DNA of 64,000 nucleotides from an uncultured Chloroflexia bacterium. GTDB taxonomy: Bacteria > Chloroflexota > Limnocylindria > Limnocylindrales > CSP1-4. Location of the stretch: the NCBI GenBank assembly GCA_963828165.1, contig CAWHDR010000001.1, forward strand, positions 2,304,001 through 2,368,000, read 5' to 3'. This document shows positions 9,311 through 19,819 of the stretch, piece after piece. Within the stretch, counting starts at the first letter, position 1, and each line of letters begins with the position of its first letter. Position numbers and translations under genes: made by a program. Below the pieces are notes generated by a model. It saw only the letters and a list, made by a program, of their open reading frames with translations. It had not been told where the DNA came from and made no database searches.

Positions 9311-10161
9311 GCACCCTCGTCGCCGCGCGGCCGAGCGCCGCCGGGACGAACGACACGCCCGGTGCCCGCCGGATCGCGGCCGCCTTCGCCCGCGCTCGCG
9401 GCGAGGGGCGGGCCGCGTTGATGCCGTACGTGGTCGCGGGCTATCCCGACGCCGACACGAGCCTCGAAGTCGCGCTGGCCGTGGCCGACGCCGGTGCCGA
9501 CCTGCTCGAAGTCGGCCTGCCGTACTCGGACCCCCTCGCGGACGGTGCCACGCTCCAGCGTGCCTCGCAGGCCGCGATCAAGGCCGGCGCAACGCTGGAG
9601 GGCTCGCTCCGCCTGATCGAGCGGATCGGTGCCGCCCGGCCGGACCTGCCGCTGGTGCCCATGGCCTACGCGAACCAGGTCCTCGGCGGTGGGGACGGCG
9701 AGGCCGTGGCGCGGCGCCTCGCGGCCGCTGGTGCCGCCGGCATCATCGTCGCCGACCTGACACCCGACGAGGGCGGCGCGTTCGAAGCCGTCGCGCGCGC
9801 GGTCGGCCTGGCCGTGGTGTACCTCGTCGCGCCCACGACCCCGGCGGATCGTCGTGCCGAGATCGCGGCGCGCAGCGGCGGGTTCCTGTACTGCGTGTCG
9901 CTGGTCGGGGTGACGGGCGCCAGAACGTCGCTCCCGAAGACGGTCGGGCGACTGGTCAAGGACGTTACGGCGGCGTCACCGGTCCCCGTGGGGGTCGGGT
10001 TCGGCGTCAGCAAGCCGGCCCACGTGCGGGCCATCGCGAGGGCCGGCGCCGACGGGGTCATCGTCGCCTCGGCGCTCGTGGACGCGCTGGGGCCGGACGG
10101 TCGTGACGTGGAAAGCCTCCGTCGACTCGTGGAAGAGCTGCGGGCTGCGACCGCTCGCTGA
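9307..10161 (+). CDS. trpA: Tryptophan synthase alpha chain
   Basis: EVGLPYSDPLADG, VSLVGVTG, VGFGV, GADGVIV motifs. Start moved to the GTG overlapping the upstream stop. Confidence 0.95.
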   Translation: MSTLVAARPSAAGTNDTPGARRIAAAFARARGEGRAALMPYVVAGYPDADTSLEVALAVADAGADLLEVGLPYSDPLADGATLQRASQAAIKAGATLEGSLRLIERIGAARPDLPLVPMAYANQVLGGGDGEAVARRLAAAGAAGIIVADLTPDEGGAFEAVARAVGLAVVYLVAPTTPADRRAEIAARSGGFLYCVSLVGVTGARTSLPKTVGRLVKDVTAASPVPVGVGFGVSKPAHVRAIARAGADGVIVASALVDALGPDGRDVESLRRLVEELRAATAR

Positions 10162-10196
10162 CCTGACGACCAGGACGGCTCGTCTATCCTCGGAGC

Positions 10197-10859
10197 ATGG
10201 CGAAGCTCGATATCGGTGAAGAGGTCGCCCCGAAGAAGGCGTTCGTCTGGGCGATCGATTGGCCCGGCTGGTGCCGCTGGGGCAGGGACCGGGACCTCGC
10301 GATCGAGGCATTCATCGCGGCGCGCGGCCGGTACGCGAAGGTCGCCCGGCAGGCCGGCCTCGAACTCCCGCAAGTGGAGGCCGAAGACCTCCGCGTTGCC
10401 GAATCAGGCGGTGGTGGAGGCGGCACGGACTTCGGCGTCCCGTCGACGATCACGAAGCTTGACCGACGGCGCGTCACGAAAGCAGAAGCCGAGCGCCTGG
10501 CGAGCATCGTCGAGGCGGCCTGGGTCATCTTCGACCGGGTCGCCGAGCGCTCGCCGGCAGCGCTGCGCAAGGGGCCGCGGGGCGGTGGCCGAGACCGCGA
10601 CAAGATGATCGGGCACGTCATCGAGGCCGACCACGCGTACGCCCGCGAGATCGGCGTCCGGATGCCGGAGCCGTCCTTCGCCGACCGCGAGGCCGTCGAG
10701 GCCGAACGCGCCGCGGTGCTCGACGCCCTCCGCCAACCGTCCGACGGCTCTCCTCTCGCCGACCGGAGATGGACCACACGTTACGCGGCCCGCCGGATCG
10801 CCTGGCACGCGCTCGACCACGCCTGGGAGATGGAGGATCGCGCGGAGGCCGGACGGTGA
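10197..10859 (+). CDS. Conserved hypothetical protein (possible HicB-like N-terminus, DinB-like C-terminus)
   Basis: AIDWPGWCRWG and RRIAWHALDHAWEMEDR motifs; TATCCT -10 box 6 nt before the ATG. Confidence 0.7.
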   Translation: MAKLDIGEEVAPKKAFVWAIDWPGWCRWGRDRDLAIEAFIAARGRYAKVARQAGLELPQVEAEDLRVAESGGGGGGTDFGVPSTITKLDRRRVTKAEAERLASIVEAAWVIFDRVAERSPAALRKGPRGGGRDRDKMIGHVIEADHAYAREIGVRMPEPSFADREAVEAERAAVLDALRQPSDGSPLADRRWTTRYAARRIAWHALDHAWEMEDRAEAGR

Positions 10860-12239
10860 TCAGGTACCGGGCAGGTGGACGAGGCGCGTCGATCCGGTCA
10901 GTGCGGTCACGGCCGAGACGAAGACGGACTGCAGGTCCTCGGACCGTGGCTGACAGTAGAAATGATCGCCATCGGTGTTCTCGGCCGCGATGCACCCGTT
11001 GTCGATGGAGGTGTTCGCCATGTCCGCGAGCACCCTGGTAACCGACTTGTTCTTGTAGAAACCGGTCGAGTCCGGGCACAGGTCCGCGCTCGTGACCCCG
11101 AAGCCGACCGTGAAGATCTCGATCCCGGCGGTCTTTGCCGCGGTCGACTCGGTGTTGGCCGCCAGGCACGTGAAGTCGGCGGCGGTTCCGGCGCTGTTGT
11201 AGTTGGGCGTGCCGTCCGTCTCGAACAGGATCGCCTTCGCGACACCGGCGCGACCGTTGGCCAGGAGATACTGGCGGGCCATCTTGATAGGCGTGGACAG
11301 GTTCGTACCGGTACTGGACGAGCTCATGCAATTGATCGCCTTGACGATCAGGCTGCTGGGATTCGCGGCGCCGGCGGCGTTCAGGTACGACTCGTTGACG
11401 GGGGCGCCCGTTCCGGTCAGCCCGACCGGGATCCACTTCGGGAGGTCGACCGGATAGGTGGACCCGTATTCGGGCGCGCTTCCGCCGACGCCCTTGGCCG
11501 GGGTATTGACGCCGCTGCACGTCGACGTGGTCTTGCTGGGGCCGAGTAGCCCCATGCCGACGTGCTGGATCGCCGGGTCGAGATACGTGAGCAAGGACTT
11601 GGCGGCGTCCTTCGCGTTCGTCATGTCGGCGGCGCTCATGCTGCTCGTCCGGTCGATGATGACGACCAGATCGAGCGGCACGGTCGGCGCAGCACCGCAG
11701 GGGCCACGGCAGGCGGCGGAGGTGACGATCTGGGTGGTGCCGCTCGTCACGCCGACGGCTGGGCCGAAACGGAACGGGACCGTCGCCGTCGAGGTGAGGA
11801 CGATGGTGTTGCAGGTGTCGCCTTCCGCCGGGACGCACGGCGCGACGCACACGCCGGCGCTACAGACCCACGCGCCGAAGACGTTACTCCCGGGATTGCA
11901 CACCGATGGAACGTCATTGGCGTCGAACACGCCGTTACCGTCGCGGTCACCGACGAGGCATCGATAGCTCACGGTCACATTCGCGGCCGGCAGCCCCGCG
12001 TAGTTCTTCTGAGCGAACTCCAACGCGACCGTACGCGCGTTGGGACCACTTGCCGGCAGCTGCGATGCGCCCGCCAGCGCGCCGGCGTCAAGGGCACTCC
12101 AGAGTTCCTGGTTCGCGCGCCGCAGCACCCCGACGTCGAGGACGATCGCGGCGAATCCCATCAGGACGCACAGCATCAAGGCGAAGATGACGATCATCTG
12201 GCCGCGCTGCCCGTCGGTCCGTCTCCGCATCTGCCTCAT
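10860..12239 (-). CDS. TadG-like pilus assembly protein with vWA domain
   Basis: N-terminal RGQMIVIFAL...LDAGALAGA Tad motif; vWA MIDAS-like DRTSS, T and TDG residues; many Cys. Confidence 0.85.
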   Translation of the reverse strand: MRQMRRRTDGQRGQMIVIFALMLCVLMGFAAIVLDVGVLRRANQELWSALDAGALAGASQLPASGPNARTVALEFAQKNYAGLPAANVTVSYRCLVGDRDGNGVFDANDVPSVCNPGSNVFGAWVCSAGVCVAPCVPAEGDTCNTIVLTSTATVPFRFGPAVGVTSGTTQIVTSAACRGPCGAAPTVPLDLVVIIDRTSSMSAADMTNAKDAAKSLLTYLDPAIQHVGMGLLGPSKTTSTCSGVNTPAKGVGGSAPEYGSTYPVDLPKWIPVGLTGTGAPVNESYLNAAGAANPSSLIVKAINCMSSSSTGTNLSTPIKMARQYLLANGRAGVAKAILFETDGTPNYNSAGTAADFTCLAANTESTAAKTAGIEIFTVGFGVTSADLCPDSTGFYKNKSVTRVLADMANTSIDNGCIAAENTDGDHFYCQPRSEDLQSVFVSAVTALTGSTRLVHLPGT

Positions 12240-12273
12240 GGTGGTCCCTTCTCCCGAGATGGCCCGTGCGGGT

Positions 12274-12714
12274 CTACTCGAGACGCATCTGAGCAGTCGA
12301 AGACAACTGGAACGTGTTGCCCACGGCAAGCGGCCAGATGAATCGGTACAGGTAGTTCACGGTGACGATCACCGAATCTCCGGCCTGCCACGACGCGAGC
12401 GTGCAGGTCGACGGGATCGAACCGACCGGTCGGGCGCAACTGCTCGAGACCGTGAGGTCGGTCTGATTCAAGCCGGTTGCCATGCCCCGCACCCTGGCCT
12501 CGATGGCCGCCGCATTGGGGTTGACGGTGCCGAGGCGGGCGCCCTCGCGGGCGGCGTTGGTGACGGTGATGGAAGAGTTCAGGCCCATGCCCATGTCCAC
12601 GATCCCCGCGATCAGCAACAGGAATAGCGGGAGGACGAGAGCGAACTCGACGAGAGCCTGACCGCGCCCGCGATCTGGGACGCGTTGAGACCGGTGCGAT
12701 CGTTCGATCGACAC
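12274..12714 (-). CDS. TadE family pseudopilin
   Basis: RGQALVEFALVLP...AAREGAR; GTG start preceded by a GGAAGGTG SD. Confidence 0.88.
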   Translation of the reverse strand: MSIERSHRSQRVPDRGRGQALVEFALVLPLFLLLIAGIVDMGMGLNSSITVTNAAREGARLGTVNPNAAAIEARVRGMATGLNQTDLTVSSSCARPVGSIPSTCTLASWQAGDSVIVTVNYLYRFIWPLAVGNTFQLSSTAQMRLE

Positions 12715-12926
12715 GGTTCGGCCACCTTCCCCGGTGATCCCCGATGTTGGCATCGGACCGACCTGCGATCCGATGCCGGGGACGTGGCGATACCTTGTCC
12801 CGCGCCCCTCGCCTTCGCAATGGGATATTGGTACGGAACGTTTGGCCGATGCGTTCGTGGACGGTGTCCCGACGCCCCACAACGGCCACGTTCCGGAGGC
12901 GTCTTTCGCCGGCGGTCGGCGCCAGA

Positions 12927-13790
12927 TCAGCCGACCGGCGGCTCCCAGCCGGAGGCCGCGGCCGCCGTCGCCAGGACGTCCTGGCGCGTCAGCCCGGCCG
13001 CCCGCAGCTCGCGCACGCCGGTATCGCCGGACGACTTCGAGAGCTTCCGGCCGTCGGGCCGTCGGATCAGCGGGTGGTGCAGGAACGTGGGCGGCTGCTC
13101 CCGACCGAGCAGGCGTCCGAGCCGGATCTGGGTCGGCGTGGCGTGGATCAGGTCGCGGCCACGAATGACGTGGTCGACATCCTGGCGGAGGTCGTCGACC
13201 ACGACGCTGAAGGGATAGGTCCAATTGCCGTCGCGATCGAGGATCGGCGGGTCACCGGCCGGCGCCACGTCACCAGCGCAGGGCCCCACCGCCGTGTCCA
13301 TCCACGTCTCGCGGCTGGCGCCGATCGCGGCCCGCAACATCGGCCCATCGAGCCCGCGCTCGCGGCAGCGACCCGGACAGCCGGGTCCAGTCCATGGGCT
13401 GGTGTTGGCCTCCGCCCAGTCCGTGAAGGTCGAGCGCGTGCAGTCGCAGCCGTACAGCAGGCCATCCGCACGAAGGCGCGCCAGCGCCGCCTCGTAGGCC
13501 GGCGCGACGTCGGGGTCCGCCTGCCGTGTCGGGCCCCGATCGGCCGCGAATCCCAGCCATGCCAGGTCCTCGATCAACGCCGCGTCGTACTCGGGCCGCG
13601 ACCGCACCCGATCGTGATCGTCGATCCGCAGCACGACCCGAGCGCCCACCGCCTCGGCGACGCCCCAGACCCAGATCGCGTTGGCGACGTGGCCAAGGTG
13701 GAGGTAGCCCGTCGGCGCGGGCGCGAACCGGGTCCACCCGCCACGCGGTACGCCCGAAAGGTCAGGTCGGCTCGTCGCCCCGGTCCTCAC
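12927..13790 (-). CDS. gluQ: Glutamyl-tRNA synthetase catalytic-domain paralog (GluQ-like); start uncertain
   Basis: RFAPAPTGYLHLGH (HIGH), LRIDD, CDC..C zinc site, VIRGRDL, KLSKS; no anticodon-binding domain. Confidence 0.78.
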   Translation of the reverse strand: MRTGATSRPDLSGVPRGGWTRFAPAPTGYLHLGHVANAIWVWGVAEAVGARVVLRIDDHDRVRSRPEYDAALIEDLAWLGFAADRGPTRQADPDVAPAYEAALARLRADGLLYGCDCTRSTFTDWAEANTSPWTGPGCPGRCRERGLDGPMLRAAIGASRETWMDTAVGPCAGDVAPAGDPPILDRDGNWTYPFSVVVDDLRQDVDHVIRGRDLIHATPTQIRLGRLLGREQPPTFLHHPLIRRPDGRKLSKSSGDTGVRELRAAGLTRQDVLATAAAASGWEPPVG

Positions 13791-14124
13791 GCGCCCGAGC
13801 GCGCTCCCGCTCCCGCTCCCGGTCACGCGACTCGAGCCCCCGCGTGGCCGCGAAGAGCCGCCGATACATGGCGAGCAGGTCCGCCTGCGGCATCGGGCCG
13901 TCGTTCGAGATCGAGACGCGGAGGAGCACCTCGCGCTCCCGGTCCGCATCGCGGATCGCCGTCCGTCCAGCCGCGGCCTTCGCCCGCCCGGCCTCGCGCG
14001 CGAGCTCGGCCCGCTCGTTCAGCATGGCCACGAGCTTGCGATCGAGCGCATCGATGCGCCGACGGAGCCGGCGCAGCTCGGCGGTCTCGGTGGGCCGCCT
14101 TCGGTCGTCAGGCACGGGCGTCAC
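13762..14124 (-). CDS. Chorismate mutase (AroQ class, type II)
   Basis: LRRLRRRIDALDRKLVAMLNER...K...RDADRE motif. Confidence 0.88.
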   Translation of the reverse strand: MTPVPDDRRRPTETAELRRLRRRIDALDRKLVAMLNERAELAREAGRAKAAAGRTAIRDADREREVLLRVSISNDGPMPQADLLAMYRRLFAATRGLESRDRERERERARAREDRGDEPT

Positions 14125-14548
14125 CGAGCCGGCGCGCGATCGACTCCAGCGCCAGGTGGTAGCCGTGGGCGCCCTGGCCGACGATCGACTCGAGCGCGAT
14201 GTCGTGCAGGTAGTTGACGTGCCGGAACGGCTCCCGGCGAGAAGGATCGGAGAGGTGGACCTCGACGAACGGTCGCTCGATCGCAAGCAACGCGTCGCGC
14301 AGCGCCACGCTCGTGTGGGTGAGGCCTCCTGCGTTGACGATCGCGGCGTCGAAATCGCGGGCATGCAGCCGGTCGATCAGCGCGCCCTCGTGGTTCGACT
14401 GGAAGAAATCGATCGCCAGGCCGAGCTCCGCGGCTCGCGCGGCGATCCCCGCGTGGATCTCCTCGAGCGACTCGTGGCCGTAGATCTCCGGCTCGCGCGT
14501 GCCGACGAGGTTGAGGTTCGGCCCCTGGAGGACGAGGACGCGGGTCAT
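14108..14548 (-). CDS. aroQ: Type II 3-dehydroquinate dehydratase
   Basis: GPNLNLVGTREPEIYG, QSNHEG, THTSVALRDA, EVHLS motifs. Confidence 0.95.
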   Translation of the reverse strand: MTRVLVLQGPNLNLVGTREPEIYGHESLEEIHAGIAARAAELGLAIDFFQSNHEGALIDRLHARDFDAAIVNAGGLTHTSVALRDALLAIERPFVEVHLSDPSRREPFRHVNYLHDIALESIVGQGAHGYHLALESIARRLGDARA

Positions 14549-16200
14549 GGTGCGCTCCCGGCGGCCAGCATGGACCCGGCTGCGGCGGCGACCACCTCGT
14601 CCGGGACGTCCGTGCGCACCTCCACGCCCTGAGCCGTCGGCAGGACCCAGCGCATCCGTCCGCCGCTGTGCTTCTTGTCCGTCCCGAGATGCTCGAGCAC
14701 CTGCTCCAGGGAGTAGGGGAGGGGTTCGCGGGCGAGACCCAGCGAGTCCAGCAGGCCCGTGATGCGGGCGGCCCGCTCCGGCGGCGTGTCCCCGGTCGCG
14801 AGGCCGATCCGGCACGCGGCTCGAAGGCCGTAGGCCACGGCCTCACCATGGAGCAGGTCGGCGTACCCCGCCGCCGCCTCGACGGCATGCCCAAGCGAGT
14901 GACCGAGGTTGAGCGTGATCCGTCCGCCGCGTGGGCCACGCTCTCGCTCATCGGCCACGACCACCTCGACCTTCGCCCAGGCGCAGCGTTCGATGAGCTC
15001 CGCCACGTGGCCGTGTTCGACGGCATCGCGCTCCCCAGCGGCGATCGCCTCGCCATGGCGCTCGAGCAGCTCGAACAGCCGCTCATCGCCAAGCGCGGCC
15101 ATCTTCACCGCCTCGCCGAGTGCCGCCCGCCGCTGCCGCTCCGGCACGGTCGCGAGGACGCCGACATCGATGACGATCGCGGTGGGCTGGTGGAACGCGC
15201 CGACGAGGTTCTTGCCCTCCGGCAGGTCGACCGCGGTCTTGCCGCCGATGGAGGAGTCGATCTGGGCGACGAGCGTCGTCGGGACATGCACGATCGGGAC
15301 GCCACGCAGGTACGTCGCCGCAAGGAAGCCTGCGGCGTCGCCCAGCGCCCCGCCACCGACGGCGACGACGGGCTCGTCGCGCTCTGCCCGAAGCTTTGCC
15401 AACTCGCGTGCCGCGGTCTCGATGACCGACAGGCGCTTGGCCGCCTCCCCCCCGGGAAGCATCACCGTCGCGACGGTCCAGCCGGCGCGGGCGAGGCCCG
15501 CGGCGAGACGCTCACCCGTGGCCGCCCACGCCCCAGGTTCCGACACGAGGATCGCGCGTCGCGCCTCCAGCCGGTGAAGTGTCTCCTCGACGGCCATCGC
15601 CGCGATGCCATCACCCAGCACGATCCGGCCGATCGGCGTGGCCGTGCGTAGCAGCGTGGTCGGGTGGTCGCCGGTCGTCGTGCTCCGTTCCGCGAGGTCC
15701 CGTTCCACCCGCGCCACCACTTCCTGGACCTCCGCCACGCCCGCGACGTGTACGTCGGCCGCGGCGTAGAAGCGTTCGCGTCGCGCAGCGAGATCGCGGA
15801 GCGTGCCGATCGGGTCGCGGCCCGTGACCAGCGGCCGGACATGCGGGGAGCGCCGGAGCCGCTGGGCGAGGACCTCCGGCCGGCTGTCCAGCCAGACGCT
15901 CAACCGCCCGCGGTACAGCGCCCAGCGGTTGCGCGGATCGACGACCGCGCCACCCCCCGTCGCGACGATGCGCCGGAGCTCCGGGTCGGGGTCCGGAGGC
16001 CCCAGGTCCGCGACGGCGCGGCGTTCGAGGATGCGGAATGCCGCTTCCCCATCCTCTTCGAAGATCCGCGGGATCGGGCGCCCGTCCTCGTGTTCGATCC
16101 GCTCGTCGAGGTCGATGAAGACGGCACCGTGCCGGTGGGCGAGGCGCTTGCCCACGACGCTCTTGCCGCTCCCGGGCAGCCCGACGAGCACGACGTCCAT
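14545..16200 (-). CDS. aroKB: Shikimate kinase / 3-dehydroquinate synthase fusion
   Basis: GLPGSGKS P-loop and TGGG; then GGGALGD, PTTLVAQIDSSIGGK, LNLGHSLGH, LHGEAV. Confidence 0.93.
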   Translation of the reverse strand: MDVVLVGLPGSGKSVVGKRLAHRHGAVFIDLDERIEHEDGRPIPRIFEEDGEAAFRILERRAVADLGPPDPDPELRRIVATGGGAVVDPRNRWALYRGRLSVWLDSRPEVLAQRLRRSPHVRPLVTGRDPIGTLRDLAARRERFYAAADVHVAGVAEVQEVVARVERDLAERSTTTGDHPTTLLRTATPIGRIVLGDGIAAMAVEETLHRLEARRAILVSEPGAWAATGERLAAGLARAGWTVATVMLPGGEAAKRLSVIETAARELAKLRAERDEPVVAVGGGALGDAAGFLAATYLRGVPIVHVPTTLVAQIDSSIGGKTAVDLPEGKNLVGAFHQPTAIVIDVGVLATVPERQRRAALGEAVKMAALGDERLFELLERHGEAIAAGERDAVEHGHVAELIERCAWAKVEVVVADERERGPRGGRITLNLGHSLGHAVEAAAGYADLLHGEAVAYGLRAACRIGLATGDTPPERAARITGLLDSLGLAREPLPYSLEQVLEHLGTDKKHSGGRMRWVLPTAQGVEVRTDVPDEVVAAAAGSMLAAGSAP

Positions 16201-16209
16201 CGCCCGGAC

Positions 16210-17532
16210 CTAGTCGTCGCCGCCCGAGCCGGCTTCGTCCGACCCGGTCAGTCCATGCGCCGGTACTCCGGTGTCGGGCCCGGCCACCCCGCCGGTCCGC
16301 CTGCCACCGGCGACGGGTGCTTCCGGTGTCCGCTCGATCCGCGCCCGGTACGTGGCCAGATTCGCGACGACGTCGTCGATCGTGTCGCCACCCATCTTCT
16401 CCATCACGAAGGCGGCGAGGGTCAACATGACCATCGCCTCGGCGACCACTCCGGCAGCCGGCACGACGCTGATATCGCTTCGCTCGTAGTGCGCCTTGTC
16501 GACCGCCTCGCCGGTGATGAGGTCGGCCGATGGAAGCGGTCGGGCGAGGGTCGAGATCGGCTTGACCGCGCCACGGACGACGAGCGGCTCCCCGTTGGTC
16601 ACGCCGCCGGTCAGCCCACCGGCATTGTTCGAGCGATGGACCCAGCGCCCGCCGTCATCGCGTCCGGCGATCACGTCGTGCACTGCCGAGCCGAACCGCC
16701 GGGTCTGCTCGAACCCGAGCCCGAACTCGACGCCCTTGACGATGTTGATGCTCATCACCGCCGCGGCCAGCGCCGCATCGAGCCGGCGGTCCCAATGGAC
16801 GTATGAGCCAAGACCGATGGGCAGGCCGTGGGCGACGACCTCGAACACGCCGCCGATCGTGTCGCCGTTCGAGCGTGCCTCATCGATCCGGGCGATCATC
16901 GCTGCCTCGGCGGCCGGGTCGGGGCAGCGCAACGGCGAGGCGTCGGCCTCCTCGCGCGCGCGGGTGCAGTTGGCCGGGTCGACGGCCACGCCGCCCACCT
17001 CGGCGGTGAACGACCAGACCTCGATGCCGAGCTCGTGCAGGAAGGCGCGGGCTACGGCCCCCGCCGCGACGCGGGCCGCGGTCTCGCGCGCCGAGGCGCG
17101 CTCGAGCACGTTGCGGACGTCGTTGAAGCCGTACTTCAGCGCACCGGCCAGGTCGGCATGGCCGGGACGGACGCGCGTGACTGGCGTTGCCCGCTTGTCG
17201 CCGCCCTCAGCCTTGTCACGCAGGGCCTCGGCCGCCTCGTCGTCCAGGGCCCCGACCTGCATGACCGTCGTCCAGTTCTCCCAGTCACGGTTGCGGACGA
17301 GGAGCAGGACCGGCGAGCCGAGCGTGCGGCCGTGCCGGACCCCGCCGAGGATCTCGGCCCGGTCCTGCTCGATCGCCTGACGAGCGCCGCGGCCGTAGCC
17401 CTTCTGGCGCCGTGACAGGTCGATGGCGATGGCATCCTCGCTGAGCTCGAGCCCTGCGGGGACGCCCTCGACCGTGACCCCGAGCGCCGGCCCGTGCGAC
17501 TCCCCAGCGGTGAGGAAGCGGAAGGCGGTCAC
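16210..17532 (-). CDS. aroC: Chorismate synthase
   Basis: TAGESHG, RPGHAD, ERASARETAARVAAG, KPISTL, ERSD motifs. Confidence 0.96.
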   Translation of the reverse strand: MTAFRFLTAGESHGPALGVTVEGVPAGLELSEDAIAIDLSRRQKGYGRGARQAIEQDRAEILGGVRHGRTLGSPVLLLVRNRDWENWTTVMQVGALDDEAAEALRDKAEGGDKRATPVTRVRPGHADLAGALKYGFNDVRNVLERASARETAARVAAGAVARAFLHELGIEVWSFTAEVGGVAVDPANCTRAREEADASPLRCPDPAAEAAMIARIDEARSNGDTIGGVFEVVAHGLPIGLGSYVHWDRRLDAALAAAVMSINIVKGVEFGLGFEQTRRFGSAVHDVIAGRDDGGRWVHRSNNAGGLTGGVTNGEPLVVRGAVKPISTLARPLPSADLITGEAVDKAHYERSDISVVPAAGVVAEAMVMLTLAAFVMEKMGGDTIDDVVANLATYRARIERTPEAPVAGGRRTGGVAGPDTGVPAHGLTGSDEAGSGGDD

Positions 17533-18422
17533 TCCGCCGCGGCCGCCGCCGGTTCGCCGGTGGGTTCGCCCTCGGCCGAGCGCAGACCGCCTGCTCGAGC
17601 CTCGGCGAGCTTTGCCTGCATGAGGTCGAGGGGCGCCGGTTGCCCGGTCCAGAGCGTGAACGCCGCCGCTCCCTGGTGGAGCAGCATCAGCTCCCCGTCG
17701 GCCACGGTCGCGCCGGCCGCATCGGCATCGCGCAGCAAACGCGTGCGGTTGTAGATGAGATCCAGCACGAGCAGCTCGGCATGGAGGGCGTCGGCCGGGA
17801 TCGGGCTGATGTCACTGGTCAGCCCGATCGATGTCGCGTTGACCAGGACCTTCGTCTTCGCGAGCTCGGCCTCGATGATGGATTCGTGCCACGGCATCGC
17901 GCGGAGCTCCATGTGCGCCGCGGTCCGTCCGAAATGCTTCACGAGACCCTCGGCACGGTGCAGGTGACGGTTGAACACGACGATCCGCTGGAAGCCTTCG
18001 CGGATGAGGCCGTACACCACGGCGCGGCCACCGCCGCCAGCCCCCAGGATCACGGCCTGGCGGGGCATCTTCTGGCGACCGACGAGCTTGTCCAGCGCGA
18101 CCTTGAAGCCGGCCACGTCCGTGTTGTGGCCGATGAGTCGCTTGCCCTCGCGGGTGAGCGTGTTGACGGCGCCGGTGAAGGACGCCTCCTCCGTGAGGCG
18201 ATCGACCATCGGCACGACTCGCTCCTTGTGCGGGATCGTGACGTTGGCGCCGAGGAAGTCGTCGCCCCGCAGCTCCCCGATGGCGTCGGCAAGCCCGATC
18301 GGGGGGCGATCCCAAAGCTCGTACTTCGCGTCGATACCGAGCTCGTCGAAGGCGGCCTGCTGCATGGCACCCGAGAGTGAATGGGCAACCGGATGGCCGA
18401 TGAGGACGACACGTTTCGTCAT
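17529..18422 (-). CDS. aroE: Shikimate dehydrogenase
   Basis: [36 protein letters not shown] motifs. Confidence 0.94.
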   Translation of the reverse strand: MTKRVVLIGHPVAHSLSGAMQQAAFDELGIDAKYELWDRPPIGLADAIGELRGDDFLGANVTIPHKERVVPMVDRLTEEASFTGAVNTLTREGKRLIGHNTDVAGFKVALDKLVGRQKMPRQAVILGAGGGGRAVVYGLIREGFQRIVVFNRHLHRAEGLVKHFGRTAAHMELRAMPWHESIIEAELAKTKVLVNATSIGLTSDISPIPADALHAELLVLDLIYNRTRLLRDADAAGATVADGELMLLHQGAAAFTLWTGQPAPLDLMQAKLAEARAGGLRSAEGEPTGEPAAAAAE

Positions 18423-19819
18423 GCTCGCACCCCTTCGAGGTCGCTGAAGAAGCCCGGATAGGAAACGGCGGCCGAGTCCGGTCGCTCGATGGTCATCGGT
18501 CCGGTCGCGACGAGTCCGGCCACCGCGAACGTCATCGCCAGGCGGTGATCGTCGAGGCTGTCGGTCGTCGCACCGCGCAACGACGCACCGCCCTGGATGC
18601 GCAGGTCGTCGCCGTCCACCTCGACGTTCGCGCCCATCGCGCGAAGGCCGGCGACCATACCGGCGATCCGGTCCGACTCCTTGTGCCGCAGCTCGCCCGC
18701 GCCGCGGATGGTGGTCGTGCCGCGGGCCTGGGTCGCGGCGAGGCACAGCACGGGGACCTCGTCGATGGCCGCCGCGACATCCTCCGGAGACAGGTCGATG
18801 GCGCGCAGGTCGGACGACCGCACGATGAGATCGGCCATCGGCTCGCCGACGTCCGGATCGGCGCTGGTGGAATCGGGCTCGACGCCCGCCGTTTTCCCGA
18901 CCGGGTGCTCCTCGATCTCGGCGCCCATGGCCCGCAGCAGGTCGATGACCGCGCGTCGTGTCGGGTTGACGCCGACGTCCCGGAGCGTCAACTCGGCGTC
19001 GGGATGGATGGACCCGGCGACCAGCCAGAAGGCGGCCGCGGACACATCGCCCGGCACTCGCTGGTCGATCGCCTGCACCGCCATCCCTCCTTCAACCGTC
19101 CAGGCCACGCCACCATCCCCATCGGCCCGGTCGACGGGCACCCCCCGGGCCCGCAGCATGCGCTCGGTGTGATCGCGCGTCGCCACCCGTTCCCGGACCG
19201 TCGTCCGACCCTCGGCTCGCAGCGCCGCCAACAGGATGGCCGACTTCACCTGGGCCGACGGCACGGGTGTCGTCACGTCCACCGCCCGGAGCGGGGTATG
19301 CCCGACTACGGTGAGGGGAGGGAGGGAATCGTCGTCTCGAGCGTGGAGCTCCGCGCCCATCCGGCGCAGTGGCTCGATGATACGAGCGACCGGACGGCGG
19401 CGCAACGAATCGTCCCCGTCCAGGACGCCGGTCAGCGGCAGGCCGGCGAGCATGCCGGCGATGAGTCGCAGACTCGTGCCGGAGTTGCCACAGTCCAGCG
19501 TGCGGGCGGGTTGCGTGAGGCCGTCCGCGCCGGGCGAGTGGACCCGGTAGCCAACGTTCCGGCCACGGCCGGGTGCGCCACCGCGCTCCGCTGCGCCCTC
19601 GGCATCGCCGTCCGGCTCCACGCGTGCTCCGAGCGCCCGCATGATCGCGGCCGTCGATCGCACGTCGGCGCCGTCGCCCGCCCCAAGGATCCGGCTCTCC
19701 CCGGCAGCCAGCGTCGCGAACAGGAGCGCCCGGTGGCTGATCGACTTGTCGCCGGGCAGCCGCAGCTCGCCGCGCAATCGGGCGGCGGGTCGGACCGTGG
19801 CGAGATCCGTGTGGATCAC
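18419..19819 (-). CDS. aroA: EPSP synthase (class II)
   Basis: [39 protein letters not shown] motifs. Confidence 0.95.
   Translation of the reverse strand: MIHTDLATVRPAARLRGELRLPGDKSISHRALLFATLAAGESRILGAGDGADVRSTAAIMRALGARVEPDGDAEGAAERGGAPGRGRNVGYRVHSPGADGLTQPARTLDCGNSGTSLRLIAGMLAGLPLTGVLDGDDSLRRRPVARIIEPLRRMGAELHARDDDSLPPLTVVGHTPLRAVDVTTPVPSAQVKSAILLAALRAEGRTTVRERVATRDHTERMLRARGVPVDRADGDGGVAWTVEGGMAVQAIDQRVPGDVSAAAFWLVAGSIHPDAELTLRDVGVNPTRRAVIDLLRAMGAEIEEHPVGKTAGVEPDSTSADPDVGEPMADLIVRSSDLRAIDLSPEDVAAAIDEVPVLCLAATQARGTTTIRGAGELRHKESDRIAGMVAGLRAMGANVEVDGDDLRIQGGASLRGATTDSLDDHRLAMTFAVAGLVATGPMTIERPDSAAVSYPGFFSDLEGVRA

Noticed and set aside
14545-16200. AroK-AroB fusion (and IspD-IspF fusion at 47183-48373) as novelties
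   Set aside because: Both fusions are well known in other bacteria.
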